From an uncultured Bacilli bacterium (lineage in GTDB: Bacteria; Bacillota_I; Bacilli_A; RFN20; CAG-826): DNA of 64,000 nt. Positions within the stretch are counted from its first letter, which is position 1; each line of letters opens with the position of its first letter. The translations under genes were made by a program, and so were the position numbers. The stretch is from assembly GCA_944358985.1 (NCBI GenBank), contig CALVSI010000001.1:13846-77845 (forward strand), in the 5' to 3' direction. The notes under the pieces are model-generated. The model was not told where the DNA came from, did no database searches, and saw nothing but the letters and a program-made list of their open reading frames with translations. Positions 63,144-64,000 of the stretch are shown here, one piece after another.

Positions 63144-64000
63144 ATGGGAAAATTATCGCGCGTCTTACGCTGCAACAATTGTGGTGAAATATTACAAAGT
63201 AATGATAAAACAAAACCAGGCTACATACCAAAACTAGATTTTACCAATGAAACTGATCGAGTTTTATATTGCGAATCTTGTTACCAAAAAAAGATGGTTA
63301 ATAGGGGATTTTTAGCAAAAGAAATTGACGATGATTCATATACAATTTTAAAAAAAGCCGCTATTGAGCGTTGTTTAATTGTTTATGCTATCGATACGTT
63401 TGCTTTTAATGGAATAATTAAGTCACAACTTATAGAATTAATCAAAGATTTACCAATTTTAATTGTCGCAAATAAAAAAGACTTGTTTTTAGCAAAAGAT
63501 AGCGATAATACATTAAAATCGTTTATTTATGATCGTTTTAAAGAATTAAATATCGTTCCAAAAGAAATTATTTTAGTGAGTGCAAATAAAAATTATCAAA
63601 TCGATCTTGTTAAGACAAAAATCGAAGAATATCGAAATCAAAAAGATGTTTATTTTATCGGCGAAAGAGCAAGTGGGAAAACCGCAATCATCAATTGCTT
63701 ATTAAAAAACTATAAAAATAATACAACACGAAATATTACCTCATTTATATATCCAAACACTAATAGTAAACTATTAACAATACCATTAGATGAAAACACT
63801 AATTTATATGAATTACCAGGATTTAACCTTGATGATTCTTGCTTAGGACTAGTTGAAAAAAATATCGCAAATAAATATTTAAGTTTAAAAACGCCTGTAA
63901 AAGCAAAGAAAATTAAACTTTTAGAAGACCAGTGCTTAGTTTTTGGCGGGCTTGCTATGATAGGATTGCATCAAGGAAAATCTTTAGAATTTAAAGCATA
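63144..64000 (+). CDS. yqeH: ribosome biogenesis GTPase YqeH (circularly permuted), 5' partial; runs off the window end
   Basis: My translation from ATG 63144 is MGKLSRVLRCNNCGEILQ...YCESCY (N-terminal zinc-binding CxxC...CxxC). ANKKDL (G4) precedes GERASGKTAIIN (G1), the circularly permuted order. The frame is open to position 64000. Confidence 0.75.
   Translation, partial: MGKLSRVLRCNNCGEILQSNDKTKPGYIPKLDFTNETDRVLYCESCYQKKMVNRGFLAKEIDDDSYTILKKAAIERCLIVYAIDTFAFNGIIKSQLIELIKDLPILIVANKKDLFLAKDSDNTLKSFIYDRFKELNIVPKEIILVSANKNYQIDLVKTKIEEYRNQKDVYFIGERASGKTAIINCLLKNYKNNTTRNITSFIYPNTNSKLLTIPLDENTNLYELPGFNLDDSCLGLVEKNIANKYLSLKTPVKAKKIKLLEDQCLVFGGLAMIGLHQGKSLEFKA

Overview
This is an AT-rich chromosomal segment, roughly 30% G+C by eye. 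It uses the standard code: TGA acts as a stop at rex, comEA and trmK. The source looks like a low-GC anaerobic Bacillota or Mollicutes-related bacterium, but I cannot assign a taxon from sequence alone. I call about 58 protein genes, nearly all on the + strand and tightly packed. Most belong to a conserved Firmicutes housekeeping backbone that matches Bacillus-type synteny: pdp-dtd-mnmA, T-box-alaS-ruvX-DUF1292, glmS, greA, comEA-comEC, holA / rpsT, lepA-hemW-hrcA-grpE-dnaK-dnaJ, ybeY-cdd-era-recO-glyQS-dnaG-sigA-trmK-nif3, ispH, cshB-nfo, ispG, rpmG, nadE, efp, plsY / parE-parC, and yqeG-yqeH. I saw no rRNA, tRNA, CRISPR array, transposase, integrase or obvious prophage or defence island.

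Regulatory RNA and DNA elements I can support are an Ala T-box leader, two CIRCE operators on a near-consensus hrcA promoter, and several intrinsic terminators. Two of those terminators bury the Shine-Dalgarno (SD) sequence of the next gene.

The non-backbone content is where the interest lies:
1. An 8.6-kb co-directional array, rex-adhE-(APH-fold kinase)-(2Fe-2S protein)-HydS-type sensory [FeFe] hydrogenase-PP2C phosphatase-catalytic-type [FeFe] hydrogenase. It sits in the otherwise conserved comEC/holA junction.
2. A Phd/YefM antitoxin-like domain fused in frame to the N-terminus of glutamine-dependent NAD+ synthetase.
3. A C39 bacteriocin-type peptidase domain fused to a membrane domain with no ABC ATPase. 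It lies next to a large multi-module lipoprotein between dnaJ and ybeY.
4. A RecB-type nuclease fused to an XPD/DinG-type Fe-S helicase.
5. A catalytically degenerate Fic-like protein with a C-terminal wHTH between lepA and hemW.

All family assignments are from motifs read by eye. None has been checked against a database.
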